Made by a program: the position numbers and the translations under genes. The notes beneath the pieces are model-generated. The model made no database searches. It saw only the letters and a program-made list of their open reading frames with translations, and was not told the DNA's origin. Shown here one piece after another: positions 31,726 to 41,777 of a stretch of DNA of 45,449 nucleotides (position 1 is the stretch's first letter; each line of letters begins with the position of its first letter). The stretch is taken from positions 1 to 45,449 of the forward strand of contig JAPPNV010000029.1 in assembly GCA_028818565.1 (NCBI GenBank), read 5' to 3'. The stretch comes from Rhodospirillales bacterium (GTDB taxonomy: Bacteria > Pseudomonadota > Alphaproteobacteria > UBA828).

Positions 31726-31844
31726 GGGTGCGCGACCTTTTGAACCGCAGGCGGTGCCTGCGGAGGTATAGTCCGCAATGTTACTCTCACTTTGATCCGC
31801 GCGGCGCAACATGTGCGATGCCTCCGCGGGGTATAAGGCAGGTG

Positions 31845-32618
31845 ATGGCGAGACTGGCGGGCAAGGTAGCGATCGTGACCGGGGCGACCAGCGGGCTCGG
31901 CGCCGCGTCGGCAGTGCGCATGGCAGACGAAGGCGCTGCGGTGCTGGTGACAGGGCGGGATGAGAGGCGCGGTCAGGCGATCGCCGACTCCATCGCCACA
32001 GCAGGCGGCACGGCCCGGTTCCAGACCCTCGACGTGACCGACGAGGCCGCCTGGAAGCTGACCGTCGAGAGCGTGGTGTCGGAGCATGGCCGGCTCGACA
32101 TTCTCTTCAACAACGCCGGCATCACGCGCGCCGAGCCGATTGCTAGTGTCTCGCTGGAGACCTGGAGGCGGATCATGGCGGTCAACGCCGACGGGGTCTT
32201 TCTCGGCACCCGAAGCGCGATCCCCGCGATGCGCGACTCAGGCGGCGGCTCCATCATCAACATGTCGTCTGTGCTCGGCATTGTCGGCACGGCGCATCTC
32301 GCCGCCTACACCGCGTCGAAGGGCGCGGTGCGCTACTTCACCAAGTGCGTGGCGCTCGAGTGCGCGCGCGACGGCAGCGGCGTCCGCGTCAACTCGATCC
32401 ACCCCGCCTTCATCCACACGCCGATGATGGACGAGACCGCGACCCGCATGTTCGGAGACCCGGCCGCGGGTCCGGAGGAATTCGGCAAGCTGCACCCGAT
32501 AGGCCATGTCGGCGAGCCCGACGACATCGCCAACGGCGTGGTGTACTTGGCTTCGGACGAGTCCAAGTTCGTCACCGGCACCGAACTGGTGATCGACGGC
32601 GGCTACACGGCGGAATAG
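31845..32618 (+). CDS. Short-chain dehydrogenase/reductase (cyclic alcohol or hydroxysteroid dehydrogenase-like)
   Basis: TGATSGLG, NNAG, S...YTASK and VIDGG. ATG 31845 (alternative GTG 31842). Confidence 0.9.
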   Translation: MARLAGKVAIVTGATSGLGAASAVRMADEGAAVLVTGRDERRGQAIADSIATAGGTARFQTLDVTDEAAWKLTVESVVSEHGRLDILFNNAGITRAEPIASVSLETWRRIMAVNADGVFLGTRSAIPAMRDSGGGSIINMSSVLGIVGTAHLAAYTASKGAVRYFTKCVALECARDGSGVRVNSIHPAFIHTPMMDETATRMFGDPAAGPEEFGKLHPIGHVGEPDDIANGVVYLASDESKFVTGTELVIDGGYTAE

Positions 32619-32645
32619 GCGCGCCGCCCGCCGGGGAGATCGGAC

Positions 32646-33428
32646 ATGGCAGACGACTTCAAGGTGTACTGGCAGCCTGGGTGCTCCAGCTGTCTCCGGG
32701 CCAAGGAGTTCCTGGCCACGCGCGGGATCGCCTACGAATCGATCAACGTCCGCGCCAGGCCGGAGGCGATGGAAGAGCTCGCCAATCTCGGCGCCCAGTC
32801 GGTGCCGGTCGTCGTGCAGGGGAAACGCTTCGTCTTCGCCCAGGACCTGGGCGACCTCGCGCGCTTCATCGGCGTGGAGTTCGACCGGCGCGCGTTGCCG
32901 CCTGCGGAGCTGGTGCAGAGAATCGACCTGATCCTCGCCGCGACCCAGCGCTATCTCGCCCAGTTCCCGGCCGCCGACCTCGACGAGGGGCTACCGGGAC
33001 GCGAGCGCAACATCCTCGATCTCGGCTACCACATCTTCGTGATTCCGGCGGCCTTTCTCGATTCCGCCCACGGCGCGCGGCTCACTTTCGACTATTTCGA
33101 GCGCACGCCCGGCCCCGACATGCGGAGCGCAGCCCGGGTCGCGGCCTACGGCCAGACCGTGCGCGACGCGCTCGCATCCTGGTGGCACGCGGCCGACGCG
33201 GGGCGCCTCGGCACGCTCGACACCTACTACGGCATTCACCCGACGGAACGCGTGCTGGAGCGGACCGCATGGCACGCGGCTCAGCACGCCCGCCAGCTCA
33301 TGGCGCTCCTGGAGCAGCGGGGCATCGTGCCGGACGGCCCCCTTGGCGAAGCCGATCTCGACGGCCTGCCGCTGCCCGAAGGGGTCTACGACGACGAGGT
33401 GAAGCTGGACGCCGACGCGGGCGGCTAA
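32646..33428 (+). CDS. Glutaredoxin-like (CSSC) domain fused to a DinB-like helical domain
   Basis: WQPGCSSC and SVPVV (cis-Pro motif) in the N-terminal domain; GYH...WHAAQH His pattern in the C-terminal domain. GGGGAG SD. Confidence 0.7.
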   Translation: MADDFKVYWQPGCSSCLRAKEFLATRGIAYESINVRARPEAMEELANLGAQSVPVVVQGKRFVFAQDLGDLARFIGVEFDRRALPPAELVQRIDLILAATQRYLAQFPAADLDEGLPGRERNILDLGYHIFVIPAAFLDSAHGARLTFDYFERTPGPDMRSAARVAAYGQTVRDALASWWHAADAGRLGTLDTYYGIHPTERVLERTAWHAAQHARQLMALLEQRGIVPDGPLGEADLDGLPLPEGVYDDEVKLDADAGG

Positions 33429-33455
33429 TCCAGGCGCGAGCGCGTCTCCCGCCGG

Positions 33456-34058
33456 CTACCAGCCGCCGGTTTCGAGCCAGCGGTCGATCATCTCCAGCCG
33501 GTCGTGCCCCCAGAACATCTCGTCGCCGACGAAGACGGTGGGCGAGCCGAAGACGCCGCGATCGAGTGCGGCATCGTTCTCGGCGCGCAAGCGGTCCTTG
33601 ATAGCCTGGTCCTGCACTGCCGCCACCAGCGCATCGCCGTCCACGCCCAGCGCCTTCGCCGCCGCGACCACCGTCTCCGGCTGGCTCAGGTCGCGGTTCT
33701 CGACGAAGTAGCCGCGATAGAGCGTCTGGGCGAAATCGCGGGCCGTGGCGGCGTCGCTATCCGCCAGCCAGTAGTAAGCGCGGCAGGCGGCGATGCTGTT
33801 GACCGGGAAGTTGTCGGGCACGTTGAAGGTAATGCCGTGCAGGCGCGCCGAGCGCAGCATGTCGTGCTGCGAGTACGGCCCCTTCATGGGCTGGTTGACC
33901 AGGGGGCTGCCGCCGATCTTCTGGAACACGGCGCCCAGCAGCATCGGCCGCCACGTTGCGCTACGCCCGTGCTTCGCCGCGATCCCGTCGATCCGCTCGG
34001 ACGCGAGGTAGCCGTAGGGCGACGAAAAGTCGAAATAGAAGTCGAGACTCTCGCTCAT
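33456..34058 (-). CDS. 2-hydroxychromene-2-carboxylate isomerase / GST-kappa (DsbA-like)
   Basis: DFYFDFSSPYGY and RGVFGSPTVFVGDEMFWGHDR. Confidence 0.9.
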   Translation of the reverse strand: MSESLDFYFDFSSPYGYLASERIDGIAAKHGRSATWRPMLLGAVFQKIGGSPLVNQPMKGPYSQHDMLRSARLHGITFNVPDNFPVNSIAACRAYYWLADSDAATARDFAQTLYRGYFVENRDLSQPETVVAAAKALGVDGDALVAAVQDQAIKDRLRAENDAALDRGVFGSPTVFVGDEMFWGHDRLEMIDRWLETGGW

Positions 34059-34062
34059 CGCC

Positions 34063-35214
34063 CTACTCCCGTGCGAGCGCCCGGCTGATCACCAGCCGCT
34101 GCACGTCGCTCGTGCCCTCGTAGATAGTGCAGACGCGCTGGTCGCGATAGATGCGCTCCACCGGGAAGTCGCTCAGGTAGCCGTAGCCGCCGAGCGTCTG
34201 GATCGCCTTGGAGCAGACCCGCTCGGCAGTCTCCGAGGCAAACAACTTGGCCATCGAGGCTTCCTTCAGGCAGGGCTCGCCGACATCGCGCAGCCGCGCG
34301 GCTTGAAGCGTCAAGAGCCGCGACGCCTCGATCTCCGTCGCCATGTCGGCGAGGCGGAAGCCGACCGCCTGATGCTCGATCAGCGGCTTGCCGAAGCTGG
34401 TGCGCTCCTTGGCGTAGGCCAGCGCTGTCTCGTACGCGGCGCGCATGGCGCCGATGGCCTGGGCCGACACCCCGATGCGGCCGCCCTCGAGATTGCCGAG
34501 CGCGATGGCATAGCCCTGCCCGGGCTCCCCCAGCATCAGGTCGGGGGTGAGCCGCACGTCCTCGAAGACGATCTGGCAGGTGTCGTGGGCGCGCTGGCCC
34601 ATCTTGGTCTCGTGGCTCGCGACCGTGTAGCCCTTCGACCCTGTCGGCACGAGGAAGCAGCTGATGCCCTTCTTGCCGGCGTCGGGGTCGGTCACGGCGA
34701 AGACCATCGCGACGTCCGCCCGGGAGCCGCTGGAGACGAACTGCTTGGTGCCGCTCAGCCGGTAGCCGTTGCCGTCCGGCACGGCGCGGGTGCGCAGGTT
34801 GGATGCGTCGGAGCCCGCCTGCGGTTCGGTCAGGCAGAAGCAGCCCAGCATGTCGCCGCGTGCGAGCGGGCGGAGGAAGCGCTCCTTCTGCTCCTCGGAG
34901 CCGCCCTTGAGTATGCCGGCGCAGACCAGCGAGTTGTTGACGCTCATCGCCGTCGACGTGCCGACATCGCCGGCCGCGATCTCCTCCATGGCGAGCGCGT
35001 AGGCCACGTGATCGGCGCCGGCGCCGTCCCACTCCGGCGGCACCAGCATGCCCATGAGCCCGAGCTGGCCCATGCGGGGGAGGATGTCGTCGGGGTAACC
35101 GCCGTTCAGGTCCCACCGGCCGGCATGGGGGGCGAGCTCGCCCTCGGCGAAGTCGCGCGCCATGTCGCGGATCATCCGCTGCTCGTCGGTGAGGAAGATG
35201 CCGTTCGCTGCCAT
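34063..35214 (-). CDS. Short/branched-chain acyl-CoA dehydrogenase
   Basis: FCLTEPQAGSDA, LEGGRIG and IYEGTSDVQR. ATG 35214. Confidence 0.9.
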   Translation of the reverse strand: MAANGIFLTDEQRMIRDMARDFAEGELAPHAGRWDLNGGYPDDILPRMGQLGLMGMLVPPEWDGAGADHVAYALAMEEIAAGDVGTSTAMSVNNSLVCAGILKGGSEEQKERFLRPLARGDMLGCFCLTEPQAGSDASNLRTRAVPDGNGYRLSGTKQFVSSGSRADVAMVFAVTDPDAGKKGISCFLVPTGSKGYTVASHETKMGQRAHDTCQIVFEDVRLTPDLMLGEPGQGYAIALGNLEGGRIGVSAQAIGAMRAAYETALAYAKERTSFGKPLIEHQAVGFRLADMATEIEASRLLTLQAARLRDVGEPCLKEASMAKLFASETAERVCSKAIQTLGGYGYLSDFPVERIYRDQRVCTIYEGTSDVQRLVISRALARE

Positions 35215-35225
35215 GGCCTTGGCCC

Positions 35226-35825
35226 TCAGAGCCGCTCGAAGGCGGCGTCCACCGGCGTGCACGCGACGCCGTTGATCGGGAGGATGTCCTGCGGGCAGCA
35301 GGAGAACGCAAGCACGAGGTCCATCTCCGCCCGCAGCACCACGTAGTCGCCGGGGCTCGCCACGCCGGGCTCGAAGGAGACCGAGCCACCCTCGCCCACG
35401 GGGATGTTCATCCACATGTTCCAGGGGGAGGGCGTCTTCGGCGCCTTGAGACCCAACGCCGCCAGCCCGGCATGGAGGTTGTCCTCGCAATTGTCGTGAT
35501 CGTCGCCCGCGCCCAGCAGGATGTAGCGCCAGCGGTCGCAGGCGGCGATCAGCGTGTCGTGGATGCCGGGCGAGGTGTCCTCCACCAGGGTGAGGATGGG
35601 CCGGCGCTTGTTGGTGACCATGGTATCGCCGGGCCGGGGGAAGACGCCGCCGATGGCGACACGGGAGTGCTCCATCGACATGCACTCCGCCATGTCGTCG
35701 GCGTTGAAGGCCCAGGTATCCACCACCTGGGTGCCGTGGGTGTTGATGAGGCGAAGCTGCTCGCCGGCAGCGAGCTTGGTGGCCCGGCCGCGCCGGGCCG
35801 GAATGGTCTCGCGCCCGCCCGCCAT
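35226..35825 (-). CDS. DUF1989 / urea-carboxylase-associated family protein
   Basis: GTQVVDTWAF, HDTLIAACD, NCEDNL and SCCPQD. ATG 35825. Confidence 0.85.
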   Translation of the reverse strand: MAGGRETIPARRGRATKLAAGEQLRLINTHGTQVVDTWAFNADDMAECMSMEHSRVAIGGVFPRPGDTMVTNKRRPILTLVEDTSPGIHDTLIAACDRWRYILLGAGDDHDNCEDNLHAGLAALGLKAPKTPSPWNMWMNIPVGEGGSVSFEPGVASPGDYVVLRAEMDLVLAFSCCPQDILPINGVACTPVDAAFERL

Positions 35826-35835
35826 CGCCAGCGCC

Positions 35836-37023
35836 TTAGTGGAGGCGCTCGACGGCCAGCGCCGTCGCCTCGCCGCCGCCGATGCAGAGCGCCGCAGCAC
35901 CCTTGTCGAGGCCGTATTTCTCCAGCGCCGCCAGCAGGGTGATGACGATGCGGGCGCCGGAGGCGCCGACCGGATGGCCGAGCGCACAGGCCCCGCCGTG
36001 CACGTTCACCTTCTCGTGGTCCAGGTCCAGGTCGCGCATCGCTGCCATGGCGACCACCGCGAAGGCCTCGTTGACCTCGTAGAGGTCCACGTCGTCCGCA
36101 TCCCAGCCGACTTTCTCGAACAGCTTGCTGAGCGCCGGGCCCGGCGCCGTGGTGAACCAGGCGGGCGCCTGCGCGTGCGTTGCGTGACCGTGGATAACCG
36201 CAACCGGTGTGAGCCCGCGCTTCTCGGCCTCGGAGCGCCGCATCAGCACCAGCGCGGCGCCGCCGTCGGAGATCGAGCTGGAATTGGCGGCGGTCACCGA
36301 GCCGTCCTTGGCGAAGGCCGGGCGCAGCGTCGGGATCTTGTCGAGATCGGCGGTGAGCGGCTGCTCGTCTTGGCTGACGACGGTCTCGCCCTTGCGGTGC
36401 TTGACCGTGACCGGCGTCACCTCGCCGTCGAAGGAGCCGTCCTCGATCGCCGTCTTCGCGCGGGTGAGCGAGGTTATGGCGAACTGGTCCTGCTGCTCGC
36501 GCGTGAACTGGTAGCTGCGCGCCGTCTCCTCGGCGAAGTGGCCCATCAGCTTGCCCTTGTCGTAGGCGTCCTCCAGCCCGTCGAGGAACATGTGGTCCTG
36601 CACCTTGCCGTGGCCCATGCGGTAGCCGCTCCGCGCGCGGTCCAGCAGGTAGGGCGCGTTGGTCATGCTCTCCATGCCGCCAGCGACGACGATGGCGCCG
36701 GAGCCGGCCGCGATCAGGTCGTGGGCGAACATGGTGGCCTTCATGCCTGACCCGCACATCTTGTTGATGGTGGTGCAGCCGACGTGCTCGGGGATTCCGG
36801 CGCCGATGGAAGCCTGGCGCGCCGGCGCCTGCCCCTGACCGGCCGAGAGGATGTTGCCCATGATGACCTCGTCGACCTCGTCGGCGGCGACGCCTGCGCG
36901 GCTCAGCGCGGCTTCGATCGCGGCGGAGCCCAGCTCGGGCGCCCGCGCGTCCTTCAATGCACCCTGAAACCCGCCCATGGGCGTGCGCGCCATCCCGACG
37001 ATGACGATCGGATCATCCATCAT
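35836..37023 (-). CDS. Acetyl-CoA C-acyltransferase (thiolase)
   Basis: [19 protein letters not shown] and CIGGG. Confidence 0.95.
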   Translation of the reverse strand: MMDDPIVIVGMARTPMGGFQGALKDARAPELGSAAIEAALSRAGVAADEVDEVIMGNILSAGQGQAPARQASIGAGIPEHVGCTTINKMCGSGMKATMFAHDLIAAGSGAIVVAGGMESMTNAPYLLDRARSGYRMGHGKVQDHMFLDGLEDAYDKGKLMGHFAEETARSYQFTREQQDQFAITSLTRAKTAIEDGSFDGEVTPVTVKHRKGETVVSQDEQPLTADLDKIPTLRPAFAKDGSVTAANSSSISDGGAALVLMRRSEAEKRGLTPVAVIHGHATHAQAPAWFTTAPGPALSKLFEKVGWDADDVDLYEVNEAFAVVAMAAMRDLDLDHEKVNVHGGACALGHPVGASGARIVITLLAALEKYGLDKGAAALCIGGGEATALAVERLH

Positions 37024-37173
37024 GCCTTGTCTTCTCCCGGCTTCGGCGCGCCAATGCTGCGCCGCAGCACACTACATAGTGCCTGCCCTGGCGAATATCC
37101 AGCCTGCGAGCCGGCCTTCCCCGCGATGGATGCCGGCTGAGTCTCGCCAACGAGCAAGACAAGGCATTCATGC

Positions 37174-37249
37174 GGGATTCATTGGGATTCAGTGGGATAT
37201 TCCGGGATGGAGCGAGGATATAACGGCGTCTCCAGCGGGATATCCCGCT
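37174..37249. repeat. Four GGGAT direct repeats at 10-bp period plus a 16-bp perfect palindrome
   Basis: GGGAT at 37174, 37184, 37194 and 37204; AGCGGGATATCCCGCT at 37234-37249. Confidence 0.8.
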
Positions 37250-37406
37250 CACAGGCGGTCGGGCGCGAGAACCCCAGGATCGCCCGCTTTCCGCCCGATG
37301 CGCGGCTTTGCATGACACGTCGCATGTCGGCAGTCTGCCCCGGGCGTCCACGCTCGTCCACCGGACCATCGTGCGCTGAGCGCGCGCGGCGATGTCTGGG
37401 CCGGTG

Positions 37407-38837
37407 TCAGGCGTAGATTGGCGGTCGTTCCTGGGCCCAGGGCTGCGCCTCCTCGAGCTGGGAGGCGAGGGCGATCAGCAGCCCGTCGGCAGCGTAGCGC
37501 GCGACCAGCTGAACGCCGAGCGGCACCCGGTCCTCGCTCAGCATCGCCGGCATGCTCATCGCCGGTTGACCGGTGCCATTGTAGATGTGCGTGAAGGGCG
37601 TGAAGGCGCGCATGCGCTCCCACACCTCGTCGCCCGGATTGTCGGCGAACAGAAATCCCAATGGCGGCGGCGGGGTGGCCGTGCCGGGGGTCACCAGGAC
37701 GTCGTAGGTCTCGAAGAACGGCCCCACCTGCCGGCAGATCCGGTTGAGCTCGTAGAGTGCCCGGCACAGGTCGCGGCTCGAGCTCCGGCGCCCCTCTTCG
37801 AGCACCCAGAGATTGACGCGCTCCAGCGTATCGTTGTCGAGCGGGCGCCCCATGTGCGACGCCATGTCCTCCATGAATGTGGCGCAATGCGCCGCCATGA
37901 TGGTCACGAACGCAGCGGCGAAGCCCGGCGCATCGTAGTCGGGCGCCGCCTCCTCCACGTCGTGGCCCAGCGACGCCAGCACCCTGGCCGTCTCCGCAAC
38001 GGCCCGCTTGCAATCCTCGTGAACCGGATCGCCGCTCGCGGCGACGTCGGTGACCGCGATGCGGAGCCGGCCCGGATCGCGCCCCACCTCCTCGAGAAAG
38101 GGCCGCTCGGGCGGCGGCGCGAAGTAGGGATCGCCGACGGAGGGGCCTGCGGTGCAATCGAGCATGGCCGCCGTGTCGCGGACGCTGCGGGAAACGATGT
38201 GCTCGCTCACCATGCCACCCCAGATTTCGCCGTAGTCAGGGCCTGCCGGGTTGCGCCCGCGGGTCTGCTTGAGGCCGACCAGGTGGCAGCAGGTGGCGGG
38301 GATCCGGGTCGAGCCGCCGCCGTCATTGGCATGGGCCATCGGCACGATGCAGGCCGCCACGGCTGCAGCGGAGCCGCCGCTGGAGCCGCCCGCGGTGAGC
38401 CCGAGCTTCCACGGATTGTGGGTCGGGCCGGTAAGCACGGGCTCGGCGGAGGCGTTCATGCCGAGCTCGGGTGTGTTGGTCTTGCCGATCGTCACGATGC
38501 CGGAGGCCTTGAAGCGCGTGACGAGGTCGCTGTCGTAGTCTCGCGTGAAGCCGTCGGTCAGCCGGCATGCCCCGCCGGTCGGGATGCCGGCGTAGGAGAT
38601 CATCAGATCCTTGGCGAGGAAGGGCACGCCGTGGAACGGCCCGTCCGCCGGGCCTTCGCGCAGGACTGCCTCCGCATGGGCCTCCATCGTGTGGATGACC
38701 GCGTTGAGATCGGGGTTGAGCCGCTCGATCGCATCGAAGGCGGCGGCGACAAGCTCGCCCGGCGAGACCTCGCCCTGCCGCACCAGCGCCGCCAGCCCCA
38801 GGCCGTCGTACTGCGCGTATTCCTGAAAACCCGCCAT
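37407..38837 (-). CDS. Amidase signature family protein
   Basis: [17 protein letters not shown] and [10 protein letters not shown] (Lys-Ser-Ser triad). ATG 38837. Confidence 0.92.
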   Translation of the reverse strand: MAGFQEYAQYDGLGLAALVRQGEVSPGELVAAAFDAIERLNPDLNAVIHTMEAHAEAVLREGPADGPFHGVPFLAKDLMISYAGIPTGGACRLTDGFTRDYDSDLVTRFKASGIVTIGKTNTPELGMNASAEPVLTGPTHNPWKLGLTAGGSSGGSAAAVAACIVPMAHANDGGGSTRIPATCCHLVGLKQTRGRNPAGPDYGEIWGGMVSEHIVSRSVRDTAAMLDCTAGPSVGDPYFAPPPERPFLEEVGRDPGRLRIAVTDVAASGDPVHEDCKRAVAETARVLASLGHDVEEAAPDYDAPGFAAAFVTIMAAHCATFMEDMASHMGRPLDNDTLERVNLWVLEEGRRSSSRDLCRALYELNRICRQVGPFFETYDVLVTPGTATPPPPLGFLFADNPGDEVWERMRAFTPFTHIYNGTGQPAMSMPAMLSEDRVPLGVQLVARYAADGLLIALASQLEEAQPWAQERPPIYA

Positions 38838-38889
38838 CCTTCGTCTCCCGTTTTCTCCGGTACAGCGTCGGGGGCCGGTCGGCTCGTCC

Positions 38890-39888
38890 TTACGCGTCGC
38901 GCTCCAGGAGGCGGCGAACGATGCGGCGGGCGGCAGCACCGGGGGTGAGCGTCTGCGCCGCCACCTCGGCCTCCAGCGCCGCGACCGCGGGCGCCAGCCG
39001 CTCGTCGGCGTGAAGCGCGGCTACGAGCGAGTCCTCGACCTCGCGCCAGAGCCAGGCGGCGGCCTGGGCGGCCCGCTTGGCCTCCAGCGCGCCGTCCTTC
39101 GCCATCGCCGCCCGGTGCCTCTCCACCGCGTCGGCGATCTCGTCGAGGCCGGTTCCTTCCACTGACGAGCAGGCGATGACGCAGGGCGTCCACGGCCCTT
39201 CGCCTGCGTGGAGCGAGAGCGCAGCCTCGAAGTCCGCCTTGGCGTGGGCGGCGGGCCCTTCGAGGGCGCCGTCGGCCTTGGTGACGACGACAATGTCGGC
39301 GCGCTCGACCACACCTCGCTTGATGCCCTGCAGCTCGTCGCCGGCGCCGGGCTGCACCAGCAGCATGTAGAGGTCCGTCATGTCGGCGACAGCGGCCTCG
39401 GACTGGCCGACGCCCACGGTCTCCACCATCACGAGGTCGAAGCCCGCCGCCTCGCAGGCGAGCATGACATCGCGCGTGCGCCGGGCGACGCCGCCGAGCG
39501 TGCCGCCCGTCGGCGAGGCGCGGATGAAGCTCCTCTCGCTCCGCGCGAGCTCCGGCATCCGCGTCTTGTCGCCCAGGATCGAGCCGCCGGAGCGCTCGCT
39601 GGAAGGATCGATCGCGAGCACCGCGATCCTGCGGCCGGCCGCGATGGCGCGGATGCCGAAGGCTTCGATGAAGGTCGACTTGCCAACGCCTGGCGCGCCC
39701 GAGATGCCGAGGCGGACGGCCCTGCCCGCGTGCGGCACCAGCGCCTGGAGCAGGTCCTCCGCCGCTTCGTAGTCTTCCTCCCGCGTGGATTCGATAAGCG
39801 TGATCGCCGTGGCCAGCGCGCGTCGGTCGCCGGCGAGGATATCCGCCACCGGCGGCGCCTGGCCGGGGCCGTGCGGGCGCGCGGTCAT
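38890..39888 (-). CDS. meaB: Methylmalonyl-CoA mutase-associated GTPase
   Basis: GAPGVGKS, DPSS..SGGSILGDKTRM, ETVGVGQSE and GDELQGIKRG. ATG 39888 overlaps the upstream TGA. Confidence 0.95.
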   Translation of the reverse strand: MTARPHGPGQAPPVADILAGDRRALATAITLIESTREEDYEAAEDLLQALVPHAGRAVRLGISGAPGVGKSTFIEAFGIRAIAAGRRIAVLAIDPSSERSGGSILGDKTRMPELARSERSFIRASPTGGTLGGVARRTRDVMLACEAAGFDLVMVETVGVGQSEAAVADMTDLYMLLVQPGAGDELQGIKRGVVERADIVVVTKADGALEGPAAHAKADFEAALSLHAGEGPWTPCVIACSSVEGTGLDEIADAVERHRAAMAKDGALEAKRAAQAAAWLWREVEDSLVAALHADERLAPAVAALEAEVAAQTLTPGAAARRIVRRLLERDA

Positions 39889-41777
39889 GGCGCCGGGTCC
39901 TCCTCGGCCACGGCCGTCGCCTCCCCGGCGCGGCTTTCCTCGTCGGCAAGCCGTTGCTCTAGCTCCTCCCTGAGCTCGGCAGTCTCCTGCTGACGCCACC
40001 ACATCTCGGCGTAGTGGCCGTCCCGCACCAGCAGCTCGGCGTGGCGCCCGCGCTCGACGATGCGCCCGCCGTCCAGCACCAGGATCTGGTCGGCGTCGAT
40101 GACCGTGGAAAGGCGGTGCGCGATCATGAGCGTCGAGCGGTCGCGGCTGACCTCCCGCAGACTCGCCTGAATCTCCTTCTCCGTCTGCGAATCGAGCGCC
40201 GATGTGGCCTCGTCGAACAAGAGAATACGGGGATTCTTGAGGATCGTGCGCGCAATCGCCACCCGCTGCTTCTCGCCGCCCGAGAGCTTGAGGCCGCGCT
40301 CGCCGACCATGCTCTCGTAGCCGTCGGGGAGTGCTGAGATGAAGTCGTGGATATGGGCGAGCCGCGCCGCCTCCTCCACCTCGTCCGCGCTCGCGTCGGG
40401 CCGGCCGTAGGCGATGTTGTAGTAGATCGTGTCGTTGAAGAGCACCGTGTCCTGCGGAACGATGCCGATGGCTGCGCGCAGGCTCTCCTGGCTCACGTCG
40501 CGCACGTCCTGGCCGTCGATTCTGACGCTGCCGGCCTCGATGTCGTAGAAGCGGAAGAGGATGCGCGAGATGGTCGACTTGCCGGCCCCGCTCGCGCCCA
40601 CGATGGCCGTCGTGGTGCCGGGCGGCACGCGGAAGGTGATGCCATCGAGGATGCCGCGCCGCTCCTCGTAGCGGAAGCGCACGTCCTCGAACTCGATGGC
40701 GCCGGCGGTGACTTCGAGCGGCGGCGCGTCCGGCGCGTCCTCGATCTCGCGCTCCACCGAGAGGATGCCGAACATCGCTTCCATGTCGGTGAGCGACTGC
40801 TTGATCTCGCGATAGACGAAGCCGAGGAAATTCAAGGGGATATAGAGTTGCAGCAAGTAGGTGTTGACCAGCACGAAGTCGCCGATGGTCATCGTGCCGG
40901 CGGCGACCTCGTAGCCCGCCATGATCGTGATGCCGGTGAGCCCGGTGGCGATGATGATTCCCTGGCCGATGTTGAGCAGCGAGAGGCTGGTCTTGCTCTG
41001 CACCGCCGCCCGTTCGTACTGCCGGCGGGAGATGTCGAAGCGCTGCGCCTCGTGCATCTCGTTGCCGAAATACTTGACCGTCTCGTAGTTGAGCAGGCTG
41101 TCGATCGCCTTGGTGTTGGCCTCGCTGTCCTTCTCGTTCATGCGCCGGCGGTACTTCAGGCGCCACTCGGTGACCGTGAGGGTGAAGGCGATAAAGGAGC
41201 CGATGGTGACGAAGGTGATCGCAGCGTACGTGATGCCGTAGAGGACCCAGAGGATGCCGCAGACCATGGTGACCTCCACCAGGGTCGGCAGGATGTTGAA
41301 CAGCATGAAGGTGAGAACGAACTCGATCCCCTTGACGCCGCGCTCGATGGCGCGGCTCAGGCCCCCGGTGCGCCGCTCGATATGGAAGCGGAGCGAAAGC
41401 TCGTGGAGATGGTTGAAGACCTGCAGGGCGACGGTGCGAATCGCGCGCTCCCCGACCTTGGCGAAGACCGCATCCCTGAGCTCCCCGAAGGCGACCGTGA
41501 GCACCCGGAGCGCGCCGTAGGCGAGCAGGATCGCCACCGGCACGACGATGACCGCCGCCGTCTCGCCCGAGAGGATATCGACCGCATCCTTGTAGAGGAT
41601 CGGCACATAGACGTTCGCCACCTTGGCGCCGATGAGAAGCAGGATCGCCAGCAGCACACGGCCCCGCATCTCCAGCGAGCCGCGCGGCCAGAGATAGGGC
41701 AGCAGCGTGCGAATGGTGTGCAGGTGCGAGCGTTCCCCCGCACCCTGCACGCGGGCCTCGCGATCGAGAGCAACCAT
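39885..41777 (-). CDS. Atm1/HMT1-like ABCB half-transporter
   Basis: LSLRFH..RRTG, DSLLNYETVKYF, PLNFLG.VYREI, GASGAGKS and LSGGEKQR. Confidence 0.92.
   Translation of the reverse strand: MVALDREARVQGAGERSHLHTIRTLLPYLWPRGSLEMRGRVLLAILLLIGAKVANVYVPILYKDAVDILSGETAAVIVVPVAILLAYGALRVLTVAFGELRDAVFAKVGERAIRTVALQVFNHLHELSLRFHIERRTGGLSRAIERGVKGIEFVLTFMLFNILPTLVEVTMVCGILWVLYGITYAAITFVTIGSFIAFTLTVTEWRLKYRRRMNEKDSEANTKAIDSLLNYETVKYFGNEMHEAQRFDISRRQYERAAVQSKTSLSLLNIGQGIIIATGLTGITIMAGYEVAAGTMTIGDFVLVNTYLLQLYIPLNFLGFVYREIKQSLTDMEAMFGILSVEREIEDAPDAPPLEVTAGAIEFEDVRFRYEERRGILDGITFRVPPGTTTAIVGASGAGKSTISRILFRFYDIEAGSVRIDGQDVRDVSQESLRAAIGIVPQDTVLFNDTIYYNIAYGRPDASADEVEEAARLAHIHDFISALPDGYESMVGERGLKLSGGEKQRVAIARTILKNPRILLFDEATSALDSQTEKEIQASLREVSRDRSTLMIAHRLSTVIDADQILVLDGGRIVERGRHAELLVRDGHYAEMWWRQQETAELREELEQRLADEESRAGEATAVAEEDPAP

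Noticed and set aside
37174-37208. GGGAT repeats as a CRISPR array or replication iterons
   Set aside because: The 10-bp unit is far too short, there are no unique spacers, and no cas or rep gene is present.
37013-37416. Short ORFs in the thiolase-amidase gap
   Set aside because: No convincing SD, motif or protein-like composition; treated as non-coding.
38890-41166. Apparent 758-aa MeaB fusion in the ORF track
   Set aside because: The N-terminal 426 aa are an off-frame reading of the Atm1 gene; MeaB starts at 39888. The same artefact inflates the ORF-track starts of pmbA, ROK, alaX, sseA, the 34063 ACAD, DUF1989 and the 22960 lipoprotein.
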